Shown: in pieces, positions 1-11,609 of the stretch | Layout of the letters: each line of letters opens with the position of its first letter | Numbering within the stretch: position 1 is the first letter of the stretch | Assembly (NCBI GenBank): GCA_030390025.1 | Contig: CM059430.1 | Location: 76,756,001-76,820,000, forward strand | DNA from: Squalus acanthias | Lineage: Eukaryota | Length of the DNA stretch: 64,000 nucleotides | Reading direction: 5' to 3' | Made by a program: the position numbers and the translations under genes | Notes under the pieces: generated by a model | What the model was told of the DNA's origin: nothing | Seen by the model: the letters and a program-made list of their open reading frames with translations, nothing else | Database searches by the model: none

Positions 1-377
1 GAAAGTGGGGCCCCACAGGGATCAGTGCCGGGACCAATGTTGTTCACAATTTATATTAACAATTTAGACTTTGGAATCAAAAACACAATTTCTAAATTTG
101 CAGACGACACAAAATTGGGAAGGAAAGTCAATACTGAGGAGGACTCAACAAATTACAAGAAGACATTAATAACCTTGCAGAATGGGCATATAATTGGCAA
201 ATGAATTTCAACATAGATAAATGTGAGATATTATATTTTGGTAAGAAAAATAAGGAGGTCACATATTATTTGGAAAATAAGAATCTAAATGGGGTAGAGG
301 AGCAAAGGGATCTGGGAGTACAAATACACAAATCACTAAAAGTTTTGGCGCAGGTCACTAAGGCCATAACAAAAGCA

Positions 378-807
378 TAGAGCAGAAACTGATAGCCAAG
401 TTCCGCACTCATGAGGATGGCCTCAATCGCGATATCGGGTTCATGTCACGATACAGAACGTGACTTGACATCATGGCCGGTCTTCCCAGGTGTTTTTTTT
501 TTTAAAAAGACTAACACAAGAACACAAATTGACAGGATATGCAGCCAGCAGGTGGTTTGACACGTTGGACCCCCTGGGACACATCTCATTGTCTTGGCTG
601 TGCTCTTTGTTGTAGGGAAAAATGTGAATAGATTTTGTCTGTGTTTAAATTGTGAATTCTGGGAGATTCTCTCACTGCTAACTTACCTGACGAAGGAGCG
701 AACTGCTTCGAAAGCTTGTAAAATTAAATAAATCTGTTGGACTATAACCTGGTGTTGTGCGACTTCTCATTTTTGTCCACCCCAGTCCAACGCCGGCATC
801 TCCACAT
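378..807 (+). mobile_element. Penelope-like retroelement 3' fragment (GIY-YIG C-terminus plus pLTR)
   Basis: Translates EQKLIAKFRTHEDGLNRDIGFMSRYRT*, with the GLN motif typical of PLE GIY-YIG ends; contains a hammerhead core; flanked by 13-bp TSD cataacaaaagca (365-377 and 808-820). Confidence 0.85.
683..721 (+). ncRNA. Minimal hammerhead ribozyme (PLE type)
   Basis: ttac-CTGACGA-a-ggagc(gaact)gcttc-GAAA-gc-T-T-gtaa: conserved core, 5-bp stem II, palindromic AGCT stem III, stem I ttac/gtaa. Confidence 0.75.
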
Positions 808-1457
808 CATAACAAAAGCAAACCAAGCACCAGGGTGTATTTCTGGAGGGATGGAATTGAAAAGTAGAGAAGTTATGCTAAACTTGTATCGAACCTTGGT
901 TAGACCACACTTGAAGTATTGTGTAGAGTTATGGTTGCCATATTATGAAATGGATATAGAGGCACTGGATAGGGTGCAAAAAAGATTTACAAGGATGATA
1001 CCAGAACTGTGAGTTTATACCTATCAAGAAATAATGAGCAGGCTGGGTCTCTTTTCTCTTGAAAAGAGAAGACTGAGCGGTGACCTAATAGAGGTCTTTA
1101 AAATTATGAAAGGTTTTGATAGAATAGTGTTTCCACTTGTGGGGAAGAGTAAAACTAGAGGCCATCAATATAAGATAGTCACCAAGAAATCAAATAGAGG
1201 ATTCAGAAGAAACTTTTTTACTCAGAAAGTGGTGAGAATACGGAACTCGCTACCACCGGAAGTTGTTGAAGCGAGTAGTATCGATGCATTTAAGGGGGAG
1301 CTAGATAAGCATATGAGGGAGAAGGGAATAGAGGGTTATGCTGGTAGAGTTAGATGAGGAAAGATGGGAGGAGGCTGGAGTGGAGCATAAACACCGGCAT
1401 GGACTAGTTGGGCCTAATGGCCTGTTTCTGAGCTGTATGTAATTCTGTGTAATTCTA

Positions 1458-1576
1458 ACCACACTCTGGGTTACCCTTTTTGTTACTTCTTCAAAGAATT
1501 CAACAAAGTTGGATCAAGCATGACCTTCCCTTTTGGAATCCGTGCTGACTACTCTTTATTATATTTTCAGTTTCTT
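1458..1576 (-). mobile_element. CR1 LINE fragment (left part, split by the Harbinger insertion)
   Basis: Minus strand encodes ...ENIIKSSQHG..KGRSCL..FVEFFEEVTK; rejoins in frame with 5736 onward when the Harbinger element is removed. Confidence 0.8.
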
Positions 1577-1946
1577 GGGGCTAAAAATTCAGTTGGTTGC
1601 GCCTCCCGTTAGCGCCTTAAGAGGGCGCTAATGGGGCGCAAAGCAGCTAGCGCGCAGGCGCGCCGAAGTTTGTGCCGCTCGCGAACTTAACTAGACATTT
1701 TGCGGCGGCGCTAAACTTAATCACCGCGATCTCCTGCGCACGCAGATTCTGACGTAATACGAGGGTGCAACGCCCTTGTGGCGCCCCGGAGCAGAAATTG
1801 AGTGGCGCCCCCATCCTTACCGCCTGGCGCATCCAACGACCGGAAGACTGGAACGCTATCAATCGCTGTGGGGCTGGGGGGGGGCGCTATTTAAAGGGGG
1901 CCTCTTCCTGTCTTTCTCTGTGGTTGACATTTTTGCACCACTCGTT

Positions 1947-1990
1947 CTGAGAGAGAGAGAGAGAGATTCGGAGAGAGAGAAAGAGAGACT
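1947..1990 (+). repeat. (GA)n microsatellite in the Harbinger transposase 5' region
   Basis: gagagagagagagag..gagagagagaaagagaga. Confidence 0.9.
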
Positions 1991-2091
1991 TCTGCATTGA
2001 GTCAACGCTGTGTGAGGTAGTTTTGGCTACTGATCATAACTTCGCTGGTACTTTGGTTTTTTGCCTTCATAACTTTGCTTGCTAAGAGACT

Positions 2092-3243
2092 ATGGGGGCT
2101 GCACTGATTGGGGGCGTCGTCCTGCGCCAGCTGAATCGGAGGACACAGAGACGCAGAGAGAGAGTGGCAATGATGGCCAGACGGAGGAGGGCCAACAGGC
2201 GTCTGTACAGGAGAGCTTACCCTCCCAGGGTATATCGTGACCAGCTCTCCTACATTCATATGTCTGATGAGCAGTGTTTGCGAAGGCTGCGCTTCAGCAA
2301 GGAGGTGCTCACTGAGTTCTGCCACCTGCTGCAGCCAGATCTGCAGCCTCAACTGAGGTCCAGGACGTCTCTGTCGGTGGCAGTGAAGATCACAGTGGCT
2401 CTGAACTTTTATGCTACTGGCTCATTTCAATCTGCTGCTGGGGACCTCGCCAATATCTCCCAGTTCGCGATGCATTGCTGCATCCGTCACGTCACAAATG
2501 CCCTCTTTAAAAGGAGACGAGAGTACATCTCTTTCCCCATGACCCCAGACAAGCAGCATGAACGCACTCTGGGCTTTGCGAGGATAGCAGGCTTCCCCAT
2601 GGTGCAGGGCGCCATTGACTGCACGCATGTGGCTTTGCGTGCTCCGCATGAGAATGCCGAGGATTTCCGGAACAGAAAGGGGTTCCATTCCTTGAATGTT
2701 CAGTTGGTCTGTGACCACAGACAGCTGATACTCGCTGTCAATGCCCACTATCCTGGCAGCTGCCACGATGCTTTCATCCTGCGCCAGACTACTGTGGCAG
2801 AACTTTTCAAGGCACCGCATCAGCCAGTTGGTTGGCTTCTCGGGGACAAGGGGTATCCACTGAGCACCTGGCTGATGACACCGCTCCGTACGCCCAACAC
2901 CCCTGCTGAGCTGCGGTACAACGAGAGCCATCAAGCTACCAGGAACATCGTTGAGCACACAATCGGCGTGCTGAAGCAACGGTTCCGCTGTCTGGACCAT
3001 TCTGGAGGAGCCCTGCAGTACTCGCCTGAGCGAGTTTCCAACTTCGTAGTTGTGTGCTGCATGCTGCATAACATGGCAATCCTCAGGACCCAGCCAATGC
3101 CACCAGGCCTTGGAGCACCACCAGAGGAGGAGGAGGAAGAGGAGGAGGAGGATGATCATCAGCAGCACCAAGGCGTGAGGGCGGCCCACAATGGTGAAAC
3201 TGCAAGGGCCGTCCGTCAACGGCTGATAGCAAGCCGCTTCTAG
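2092..3243 (+). CDS. Harbinger/HARBI1-like DDE transposase (383 aa)
   Basis: Uninterrupted ORF with GAIDCTH, NRKG.HSLNVQ, HD, LLGDKGY and RNIVEHTIG.LKQRFRCL motifs, and an HTH region (ALNFYATGSFQ..GDLANISQ). Confidence 0.95.
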   Translation: MGAALIGGVVLRQLNRRTQRRRERVAMMARRRRANRRLYRRAYPPRVYRDQLSYIHMSDEQCLRRLRFSKEVLTEFCHLLQPDLQPQLRSRTSLSVAVKITVALNFYATGSFQSAAGDLANISQFAMHCCIRHVTNALFKRRREYISFPMTPDKQHERTLGFARIAGFPMVQGAIDCTHVALRAPHENAEDFRNRKGFHSLNVQLVCDHRQLILAVNAHYPGSCHDAFILRQTTVAELFKAPHQPVGWLLGDKGYPLSTWLMTPLRTPNTPAELRYNESHQATRNIVEHTIGVLKQRFRCLDHSGGALQYSPERVSNFVVVCCMLHNMAILRTQPMPPGLGAPPEEEEEEEEEDDHQQHQGVRAAHNGETARAVRQRLIASRF

Positions 3244-3554
3244 GCCCCTGCTGTGGAAATGGCTTCTGCCATTGAGAACAACATGAATGAACCCAACACG
3301 CAACCCCTAAGCCGGCCAAGGCACCAATGATTCCAAACACCAAACATGTATATTTTGAATACAAAAACTTATTTATTTTACAAACTCTGTGTGTGTCATT
3401 TCTTCATGACAAACTAATAGAAATAAACACAAAAAAACAGTCATTAACATAACTGGTTCTCACAACCTGGAGATAATGTCCAAAACACTAAACAAAAGTT
3501 TGACCACGAACCTCGGCCTTTAATAAAAAAATGACCAACATTTTGTCACACCTC

Positions 3555-5374
3555 CTACTTTTTGCCCTTCGAGGGTGATCTCCTTCCCTTGCGCACTTCC
3601 CCCCTTCTTACCCTACTGCTCCTCTGTAATGGGACCTCAGTGGCTGCAGCAAGGCTGGTGGAAGGCTGCTGATTGTCATAACCTGACACTGCAGATGCCC
3701 TTGAAGGACGGCCTCGACCAGTTCTGGGCCTGGAGGGCCCGGCTGCAGACTGCACCAACTCTGCATGGGCGACAGCAGTCTGTCCTACAGGCGGTGGCAA
3801 GTGCAGTGGAGAAGTGACAGTGTTGGCAGCAGGAATGCTGTCATCTTGAGAGAGGACAGCAACTCCCTGCTCGACCGACACACTGGCACTCCCACGGGGC
3901 AGCACTTCAGCATCCGGAGCAATCTGCTGGAGCACAGATTGCTGGCCTGCTGCGGCGCGGTGAGAGCCCCGGGGAAATGTGAACGAACCATCGAGGATGG
4001 CAGCAGTCAGTGCTCGCGTGGCCTCAATCTGAGTCTGCATGAGAGCAGTCAGAGATGGGATCACGGCAGCCAGTGACTGAATTGCAGCACTAAGCTTTAG
4101 TGTGGCATCCGCCTGTGCTACAGCGAAGTGCTCCACACTCCTTGCCAGTGATTCAATGCATTCGGGCACCCTTCCCACTGCACCCATGAGCTCAGTGTGC
4201 ATGTCCACCGCCTGGGTGTTCATTTCAGCGATCAGCCGCTCCTCCTCTGCGTCCATTGCAGTAGGACTCGCTGGCATACTCTCACTCCGGGGAGAAGGCC
4301 CCCGTTCATCCCTACCCCCATGGCGTTGCTGCAGCCCGCTGGGTCCTGGTGCTTCACCCTCATCAGACCCTTCCCCCCTGCTCCCCTCCAGGGAAGGCGT
4401 GTTCTCAGTGTGGGCATGGGCTTCCTCGGGAGAGGGTCGCACTGATGCTCCGCCTTCATCTTCCTCCTCGGCTGCAGCTTCACTTCCACTGGCAGCTTGA
4501 AGGCCCGTCTCCTCAGCTGGTGAATCACCATCTGAAAGCAGGGAGGTACAAGAGTGGCTTTAGCGTGAGGACAGGGTGGCAGTAAGGGAGGAATAAGTGC
4601 AGCGATTTAGTAAGTTGGATTGAAAGTGTCAAAGGCTGGTGTTGTGAAGGACAAGTGGAAGGACAGAGGACAAAAAGGTGATGACCTTACCATTGCTGTC
4701 CAGAACGGGGTCGGCGTCTCCAGTGGCGACGGGACCGATAACCCGGCTTGCCACAATCCTGTGGACGCGCTCCTCAAGATGGCTGAGGGGTTGCAGCTGA
4801 GGCCGCCCTCCACCCGTCCGTTGCTGCTGTCTCCCATTATGAGACAGCTTGGCCTGCAAGAAAAAGGACGGCGTCTGAGTAAATATACAGCCATGGTCTT
4901 GCCTGATGTGCCTCCCATAGGTGAATAGCCCTTACTGTATGCAGCCATGGTCTTGCCTGATGTGCCTCCCATAGGTGAATAGCCCTTACTGTATGCAAAG
5001 TGTGGAATGTGTGTGTGTGTTTCATGAAAGGGCCATAGGTGTTGGATGAGTGTTGTTAATTGGGGTTTTAAGACCCTCTGGCCATAGAGTGAGGTTGAGA
5101 TGGAGGGATGGAGAGGTATTGAAAAAAAGCCACTCACCCTGACGACCCGAGTGAGGTCGTTGAACTTTTTTCGGCATTGTACATGGGTCCTGGGCACCAT
5201 GCTCCTGCAGGAGACGCTCTGAGCCACCTCCCTCCACACTCTTCTGTACTCGCGCGGCAAAGGCCTCCTGCCACTCTCAGGGAAGAGTATAGATTTTCTG
5301 CGCTCCACCGCGCCAACCAGAGCATCCAAGGCCCGCTCGCTGAAGCGCTGAGCTCGTTCTCTCACCCTCTCCAT
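3555..5374 (-). CDS. Harbinger Myb/SANT-like DNA-binding protein, 3 exons (5138-5374, 4691-4853, 3555-4531; 458 aa)
   Basis: Exon 1 MERVRERAQRFSERALDAL...W.EVA..V......RT..QCRKKFNDL; GT-AG junctions (gtgagt/ttgcag, gtaagg/tttcag) give compatible phases 0 and 1 and one continuous ORF. Confidence 0.88.
4888..4997. repeat. 54-bp tandem duplication in intron 1 of the Myb gene
   Basis: cagccatggtcttgcctgatgtgcctcccataggtgaatagcccttactgtatg twice. Confidence 0.9.
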
Positions 5375-5735
5375 AGTCCTTGGCTTGAAAATGTAATCAC
5401 AGGTCTCTCCAGGTCGAGATTCAAGGCTCCAATGAGCAGGGTGTGGCTGGAGAGCAAGATCGACCCTCCCCTTTAAGAACTGGCCGGCGCCAGTGTGTCT
5501 GTATTCCATCACTAACTGACATCACCTGCGCTGCGCTCGCGCTCTGAGTTAGCGCCTCACTCCTTGGCCTTTGCGCCTTAAGACAGGTGTGCAGCGCCTG
5601 ATTTAGCGCTCCAATCACCTCCCGGGGCGTTAAAAGTCAAGTTTGCAGTCAGTGGCGATAATTAGCGCCAGGCGCTAATCTTTGCGCCCGGCCGATAATT
5701 GCGCCCCAAATGGGGCGATACTGAATTTTTCCCCC

Positions 5736-6665
5736 TTCATGTTTTTCTAATACATCTTCGATTAAGGATTCCATTGTTTCCTGCCACCGACGTTATGCTA
5801 ATTGGTCTTTAGTTCCCTGGACTTGTTCTAGCTCCCTTTTTATATATAGGAATCACATTAGCTCCACACCAGTCCTCTGGCATTGTTTTCTTTTCTAATG
5901 AATTTTTATATATATGTAATAGTGCCTCTGCTATCTCTTCCCCAACTTCTTTTAAAATGTGTGGATGCAATCCATTCAGACCAGGGGTTTTATCCTATCT
6001 AAGTTTGATTAGTTCATCAATTATCTCCTCGGTCTACCTTACATTTATTTATATCTTTTTTGATCTCTTCTTCTAATATCATGTCCACCGTGTTCATCTC
6101 CCTGGTAAATACTGAGGCAAAGTAATTATTAATATTTCTGCCATTACGCTGTAATTTCTTGTGAGTTTATCGTGTGTATTCCTCAGTGGCACTATCCCAA
6201 TCCTGGTTTTTCTTTTGTTATTTATGTGTCCGTAGAATACTTTACTATTTTTATATTCCTTGATAATTTAATTTCGTAGCTTCTCTTTGCCTTCCTAATT
6301 GTTTTTTTGACTGCTTTTCTAACCTTCTCGTATTTCCTGTTGTCATCTTTCTCCTTTGTTTTCTCTGTAATTAGTGTCTGCCTTTTTCTTCAGTTTCACT
6401 TTGCTCTTATTTCTTTATTCATCCATGGTGTGTCATTACTGGTTAGTTTGTTCTCACTTTTTATTTGGATATATTTCCCCTGGACTCTATTGATCTCTGT
6501 TTTAAATATTTCCTACTGCTGTTCTGACTCTTTGATTGTCAGTCACTTTTTCCAGTTATTTTCCCTAGTTCCTTTCATCCTCATCCTCTTAAAATCAGTT
6601 TGTTTTCGATTTATTACTTTGAGCTTTGTTTTACTTATGTCCTGTTCAAGCTTATATTTCCTGGT
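5736..6665 (-). mobile_element. CR1 LINE fragment (right part, degenerate tether/RT start)
   Basis: Minus strand contains degenerate DK.PG..G.HP and PEDW..ANV.P..KKG motifs; continues the 1458-1576 piece. Confidence 0.8.
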
Positions 6666-6676
6666 TGAGAATCTGT

Positions 6677-9600
6677 GGCCGGAATTTTCTGGTGTCCGTG
6701 CGGGTGGGATTGGAGGTGGGTCGGGAGTGAAAGCTAAAATAATTCGGAGCGGGTCGGGAACCTGCAATCATCCCGCCCCCACGCGCCTTTCACTCGGGTG
6801 CGTTTGCCAGCACAGCCGTGACCTGAACGGCAGAGGTGGCCGAGCTAATTTACATAATTATTAGTTCCATGTCAGACCCTTAAGCGTCTTTTTAACCCTA
6901 CTTTTCCAATTTCACTGGATGACGGCAGCTCGGGAACCACGTCGGTGAACCTGAGGCAGAAGTTCAGTGGCCATTGATGGAACTCATTAGTACACAGCAT
7001 GGAAAGCACGATAAATACTCCCACCTGACATCTGGTTACTTTCCTAAGGCAGATGCTGTTGCTAAGTGCATTATCATCACAGATTTAGCTTTCTACAGGT
7101 TGCAAGTGTTTCCAGCAAAGTCGAGATCTACTGTCTCCTCATTCGCAGAACCTATCACACCATTGGCAGATTGCTTCTCTACTTGAGCTGCCATCTATTA
7201 CATCAGCATGGTGCCGTTCATAGTGTTTCACCTTGGTCTCAGAATCGGACCACAATGAGCCCCAACACCAGCAGTACCAACAAGGACACCACCAACCTTC
7301 TCCTCAACCACCTGATGCTCCACAGGTGGCCATCCTATCCATCGAAGAGCATACAGTCACCATCGCCTGCGACACAGTGGTGATCATAGATACATAGATA
7401 CATAGAAGATAGGAGCAGGAGTAGGCCATCCGGCCCTTCGAGCCTGCTCCGCCATTTAATGAGATCATGGCTGATCCTCCAATTCAGTATCCCGTCCCCG
7501 CCTTCTCTCCGTAACCCTTAACCCTTTTTGCCTGTAGAAATATATCTAATTCCCTCTTAAATATATTTAATGAGCTGGCGTACACTGCCCTCTGTGGCAA
7601 TGAGTTCCACAGGTTCACCACCCTCTGAGTGAAGAAATTCCCCCTCATTTCTGTCCTAAATGGTTTAGCCCTTATCCTTAAATTATGTCCTCTAGTTCTG
7701 TTCTCACCCGCCAAGGGAAACATTCCTGCTGCATCTAGTCTGTCTAGACCTGTCAGAATTTTATACACTTCTATGAGGTCCCCTCTCAATCTTCTAAACT
7801 CCAGTGTGTACATCCCTAAACTACATAGTCTCTCCTCATAGGTCAATCCCGCCATTCCTGGTATCAGCCTGGTGAATCGCCGCTGCACCCCCTCCATGGC
7901 AAGAACAACTTTCCTCAGATGAGGCGACCAAAACTGTACACAGTACTCGAGCTGTGGTCTCACCAGTGCCCTGTACAGCTGCAGCAAGGTATCCCTGTTC
8001 CTGTATTCCAACCCTTTTGCTATGAAGGCCAGCATACCGTTTGCCTTCTTGATCGCCTGTTGCACCTGCATGCTCGCCTTCAGTGACTGGTGTACAAGAA
8101 CACCCAGGTCTCTCTGTACTTCCCCCTCTCCCAATTTATTGCCATTTAAATAATAATTTGCCCTCCCGTTCCTGCACCCAAGGTGGATAACTTCGCACTT
8201 GTCCACATTATAGTGCATCTGCCATTTATCCGCCCAATCACCCAGTCTGTCCAAATCGCTCTGGAGCTTCCTGGTCTCCTCCTCTGAGCCCACCCCCTCC
8301 TCCTAGTTTAGTGTCGTCTGCAAATTTGGAAATGCTGCATCCGACTCCCTGATCCAGGTCATTAATGTAAATTGTGAACAGCTGGGGACCCAGGACAGAT
8401 CCCTGTGGTACCCCACTTGTTACTGCCAGCCATTCAGAAAATGAGCCGTTTATTCCAACTCTCTGTTTTCTATCTGACAGCCAGTTCTCTATCCACGTCA
8501 ATACTTTCCCCTTTATCCCATGAGCTTCAATTTTCCCTGCTAATCTTTTATGTGGGACCTTATCGAAGGCCTTTTGGAAGTCCAGGTACACCACATCTAC
8601 TGGCTCTCCCCCATCTATTTTACCAGTTACTCCCTCAAAAAATTCCAATAGATTAGTCAAGCACGATTTACCCTTTGTAAATCCATGTTGACTCTGTCCT
8701 ATCCTGTCCCCATTTGCTAAGTGCTCCGCTATTTCATCCTTAATGATGGACTCCAGCATTTTGCCCACAACTGATGTAAGGCTTACAGGTCTGTAATTAC
8801 CTGCTTTTTCCCTACCCCCCTTTTTGAATAGTGGGGTAACGTTAGCTACCCTCCAATCCATGGGCACTGTTCCCGAGTCTAATGAATTCTGAAAAATCAT
8901 ACTTAGTGCATCCGCTATCTCTAGGGCCACCTCCTTCAGCACCCTAGGATGCATGTTATCAGGCCCTGGGGATTTGTCCGCCTTCAATCCCTTTAGCTTC
9001 CTTAACACCATATCCTTAGAGATATTGACTTGCGTCAGTTCCTCCTTTGCAAATGTCCCTATTTTTCCCGATATCCCAGGGAGGTTTTTTGTGTCTTCCT
9101 TCGTAAAGACTGACCCAAAGTATGCATTTAGTTGGTCTGCCATTTCTTTATTTCCCGTTATATATTCCCCCGTATCTGACTGCAATGGGCCAACTTTGGT
9201 TTTCACCAGTCTTTTCCTCTTGATATACTTATAAAAGCTTTTGGAGTTAGTTTTTATATTTTCCGCCAGCTTGCTTTCGTAAGCTATTTTGCCCCTCTTG
9301 ATTAAGCCCTTTGTCCTCCTTTGCTCTATCTTAAACTGTTCCCAATCTTCCGCTCTGGCGCTTTTTTTGGCTAATTTATACGCCCTATCTTTGGATTTTA
9401 TGCTGTCTCTAATTTCCCCTGTAACCACGGTTGAGTCACCTTTTTAGATTTCCTTTTATGCCAGATTGGTATAAACAATTTTTGCAATTTTGTCATTCTA
9501 CCTTTAAATGCTTGCCATTGTTTATCTACCTCCAGTCCTCCCAGGAACGTTGTCCAATCAGACCTACTCAGTTCCCGTCTAATGGCATCATAATTCCCCT

Positions 9601-10776
9601 TGTTTAAATTCAGGACCTTAGTATCTGAGTCAATTTCTTCGCTCTCCATTTCGAGTGAGAAATCGATCATGTTATGATCGCTCTGACCCAAGGGTCCCCG
9701 TACAACAAGATTACTAATTAGTCCCTTCTCATTGCACAGTACCCAGTCCAATATAGCCTGTTCCCGAGTTGGTTCCTCGACATATTGATCCAGATAACCA
9801 TCCCTTAAACACTCAAGGAATTCCTCCTCCTCATTATTTTTACTGATTAGGCTATTCCAATCTATATGTAAGTTAAAGTCACCTATGATGACAGCTGTGC
9901 TCTTATTGCACGCTTCTCTAATTTCCCTCGTGATGCCCTCCCCAACCTCTATTTTACTATTTGGAGGCCTATATACCACTCCTATTAATGTTTTTCGCCC
10001 CTCGCTATTTCTTAGCTCCACCCATATAGATTCTGTATTAACTGAGTTAATATCCTTCCTTTCAATTGCATTTATCCCTTCTTTTACCAGCAATGCTACC
10101 CCTCCTCCCTTTCTTTTTTGTCGATCCTTCCTAAATACTGAATACCCTTGTATGTTAAGCTCCCAGCCCTGCTCACCCTGCAACCATGTTTCCGTAATCC
10201 CAATTAGATCATAATTATTAACCTCTATTTCCACAGCTAATTCATCTACCTTGTTCCTGATGATTCTCGCATTAAGGTATAAAACCCTCAGGCTTTTTTT
10301 ATGCTCACATTTTTTATGAATTGGTTTGGCCCTTTGTTTTTTGTTCCTCACCCTTTTACCATTTATTTCTGTCTGCCTTTCACTTTCCTCTATTTCACTA
10401 CATCATGTTGGAGATGGACTCCTCCATTCTCTGCACATTTACAGACATTGCGGTCGCAAAACCTGTCAAAGCTCCCTGCACTTCTTGCTGCACCTCCAGG
10501 ATCGCCCGCTTTCTGGATGGCCCCCGAGGCTCAGAGTCTGCATGCAGCTGAGCAGAGCCCTTCGGCGAGGAGTCTTCAATCTGATTGGTTGAAGAGACGA
10601 GCTGTTATTTGTCCTGTTCACACATGCGACAGATCCCCTGTAGAGGGTGCGGCGCTGAAAATGATCTCCAGCAACCATAAATTGCCCATCAAAAGCCCAC
10701 GAAACGTCTGTGCGCAACTGTAACTGTAATGAATGGTGAGCGCTGTTCTGTCACCGCTGACCGCAAACATCAGGCC
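6677..10776. mobile_element. Degenerate Harbinger-family element interrupted by the CR1 at 7384-10400
   Basis: Left end ggccggaattttc; 7200-7330 is homologous to the Harbinger remnant at 42100-42310; possible right end caaacatcaggcc at 10764-10776. Confidence 0.55.
7384..10400 (-). mobile_element. Young CR1 LINE, subfamily A (APE endonuclease and RT, two frameshifts, 5'-truncated)
   Basis: ORFs 9398-10351, 8238-9428 and 7484-8293 together form EN-RT ORF2; tail (tatctatg)n. Confidence 0.95.
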
Positions 10777-11009
10777 ATTATTGAATTGGTAAACTCGATG
10801 AAAAGGAGCAAGGATGATCGGTATAGGATATGCCAATTTCATACTTGTGCCTGGTGATTTAGTGAGGCATATTTTGGGATAAAATAGAGGGGGTTCGACT
10901 CCCCCATCGATATCTGCCCCACTAAGGCATGAATCTAACATGGGTGGCATAAATAGACAAATTATCTTCATTACCCAGCACTTATGTGCTTAACTTGAAA
11001 AACAAAAGC

Positions 11010-11015
11010 TTTATT
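11010..11015 (-). terminator. Candidate polyadenylation signal (AATAAA) for the IgSF gene
   Basis: tttatt on the plus strand ~550 nt downstream of the putative stop codon. Confidence 0.3.
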
Positions 11016-11564
11016 TTGGGAGCGCGAAATATATTGAAGAATTAACTCATGACAGACTAAATTAAATATTACTAACAATGAATAAGACACCAACTTTGAC
11101 ATTGAGAGGAGATCGCTAAAATAATTCGGTACCGTTTGCTATGATTACATTTTATATTTTAATAGTTGTCTCCCTGGACAGGGAGTCATGAAAACACGTC
11201 ATAATGTTGATGTAAACACCGGAAACATTACAATTAAGGAGAAATAAACAGCATAAAGATCAGCATCTGAAAGAGAAAGCTCGGATGGAACGCCTCATCG
11301 GAGCAGTGATGTCAATTCGTATTGTGGTTTTCTACTATTTTCTGTTTTAATTTAAGTTTGGCAAAACTATCGGGTTGGCCTGTATTTTTTACATATTTAA
11401 CACTAATAGATAAGGCCAGCACGGTCCAGTGAAATGTTATATCCACCAGTGGCATCATTTCGCTCTTTGTTCTGTTAGATGAGCAAAGATTCTTTCCTTA
11501 TTGTTTCGCCTGTTCCTCTGCTTACACTTTTCCTTCTCGTTAGGTTTCCGTCTTTGATTACAAC

Positions 11565-11609
11565 TTATGCCATCTGCAGCAGTCTATTTTCTATCGTCCC
11601 TTCCGTGGT
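11565..11609 (-). CDS. IgSF VJ-C1 receptor gene, probable terminal exon (TTEGTIENRLLQMA*)
   Basis: Acceptor attttacag; phase 0 matches the preceding 44-nt exon; lies in the non-repetitive island downstream of the TE-filled intron. Confidence 0.45.
   Translation of the reverse strand, partial: TTEGTIENRLLQMA

Larger units (their letters stand above)
1..1457 (+). mobile_element. CR1 LINE 3' portion (degenerate RT C-terminus and 3'UTR), interrupted by a Penelope-like insertion
   Basis: Sequence encoding PQGS..GP.LF.IYIN and KFADDTKLG near 10-120; ORF pieces LYRTLVRPHL.YC and RNFFTQ.VV; 3' tail repeat tgtaattc at ~1438-1457. Confidence 0.9.
1577..5735. mobile_element. Autonomous PIF/Harbinger DNA transposon, apparently intact
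   Basis: TIRs gggctaaaaattcag (1578-1592) and ctgaatttttccccc (5721-5735); 3-bp target duplication (ctt at 1574-1576 and 5735-5737, or ttg/ttc depending on register); two convergent genes; ttagcgcc subterminal repeats. Confidence 0.93.

Noticed and set aside
2092-3243. Domesticated host gene HARBI1
   Set aside because: Lies within TIR-bounded element with TSD and a partner Myb gene, inserted into a CR1; it is a transposon copy
2422-3303. 293-aa antisense ORF and the many other antisense ORFs over CR1 RT regions
   Set aside because: Shadow frames of transposase or RT coding sequence with no independent motifs
6307-6864. 185-aa hydrophobic ORF resembling a membrane protein
   Set aside because: Antisense of A-rich CR1 sequence running into a Harbinger end; hydrophobicity comes from T-richness
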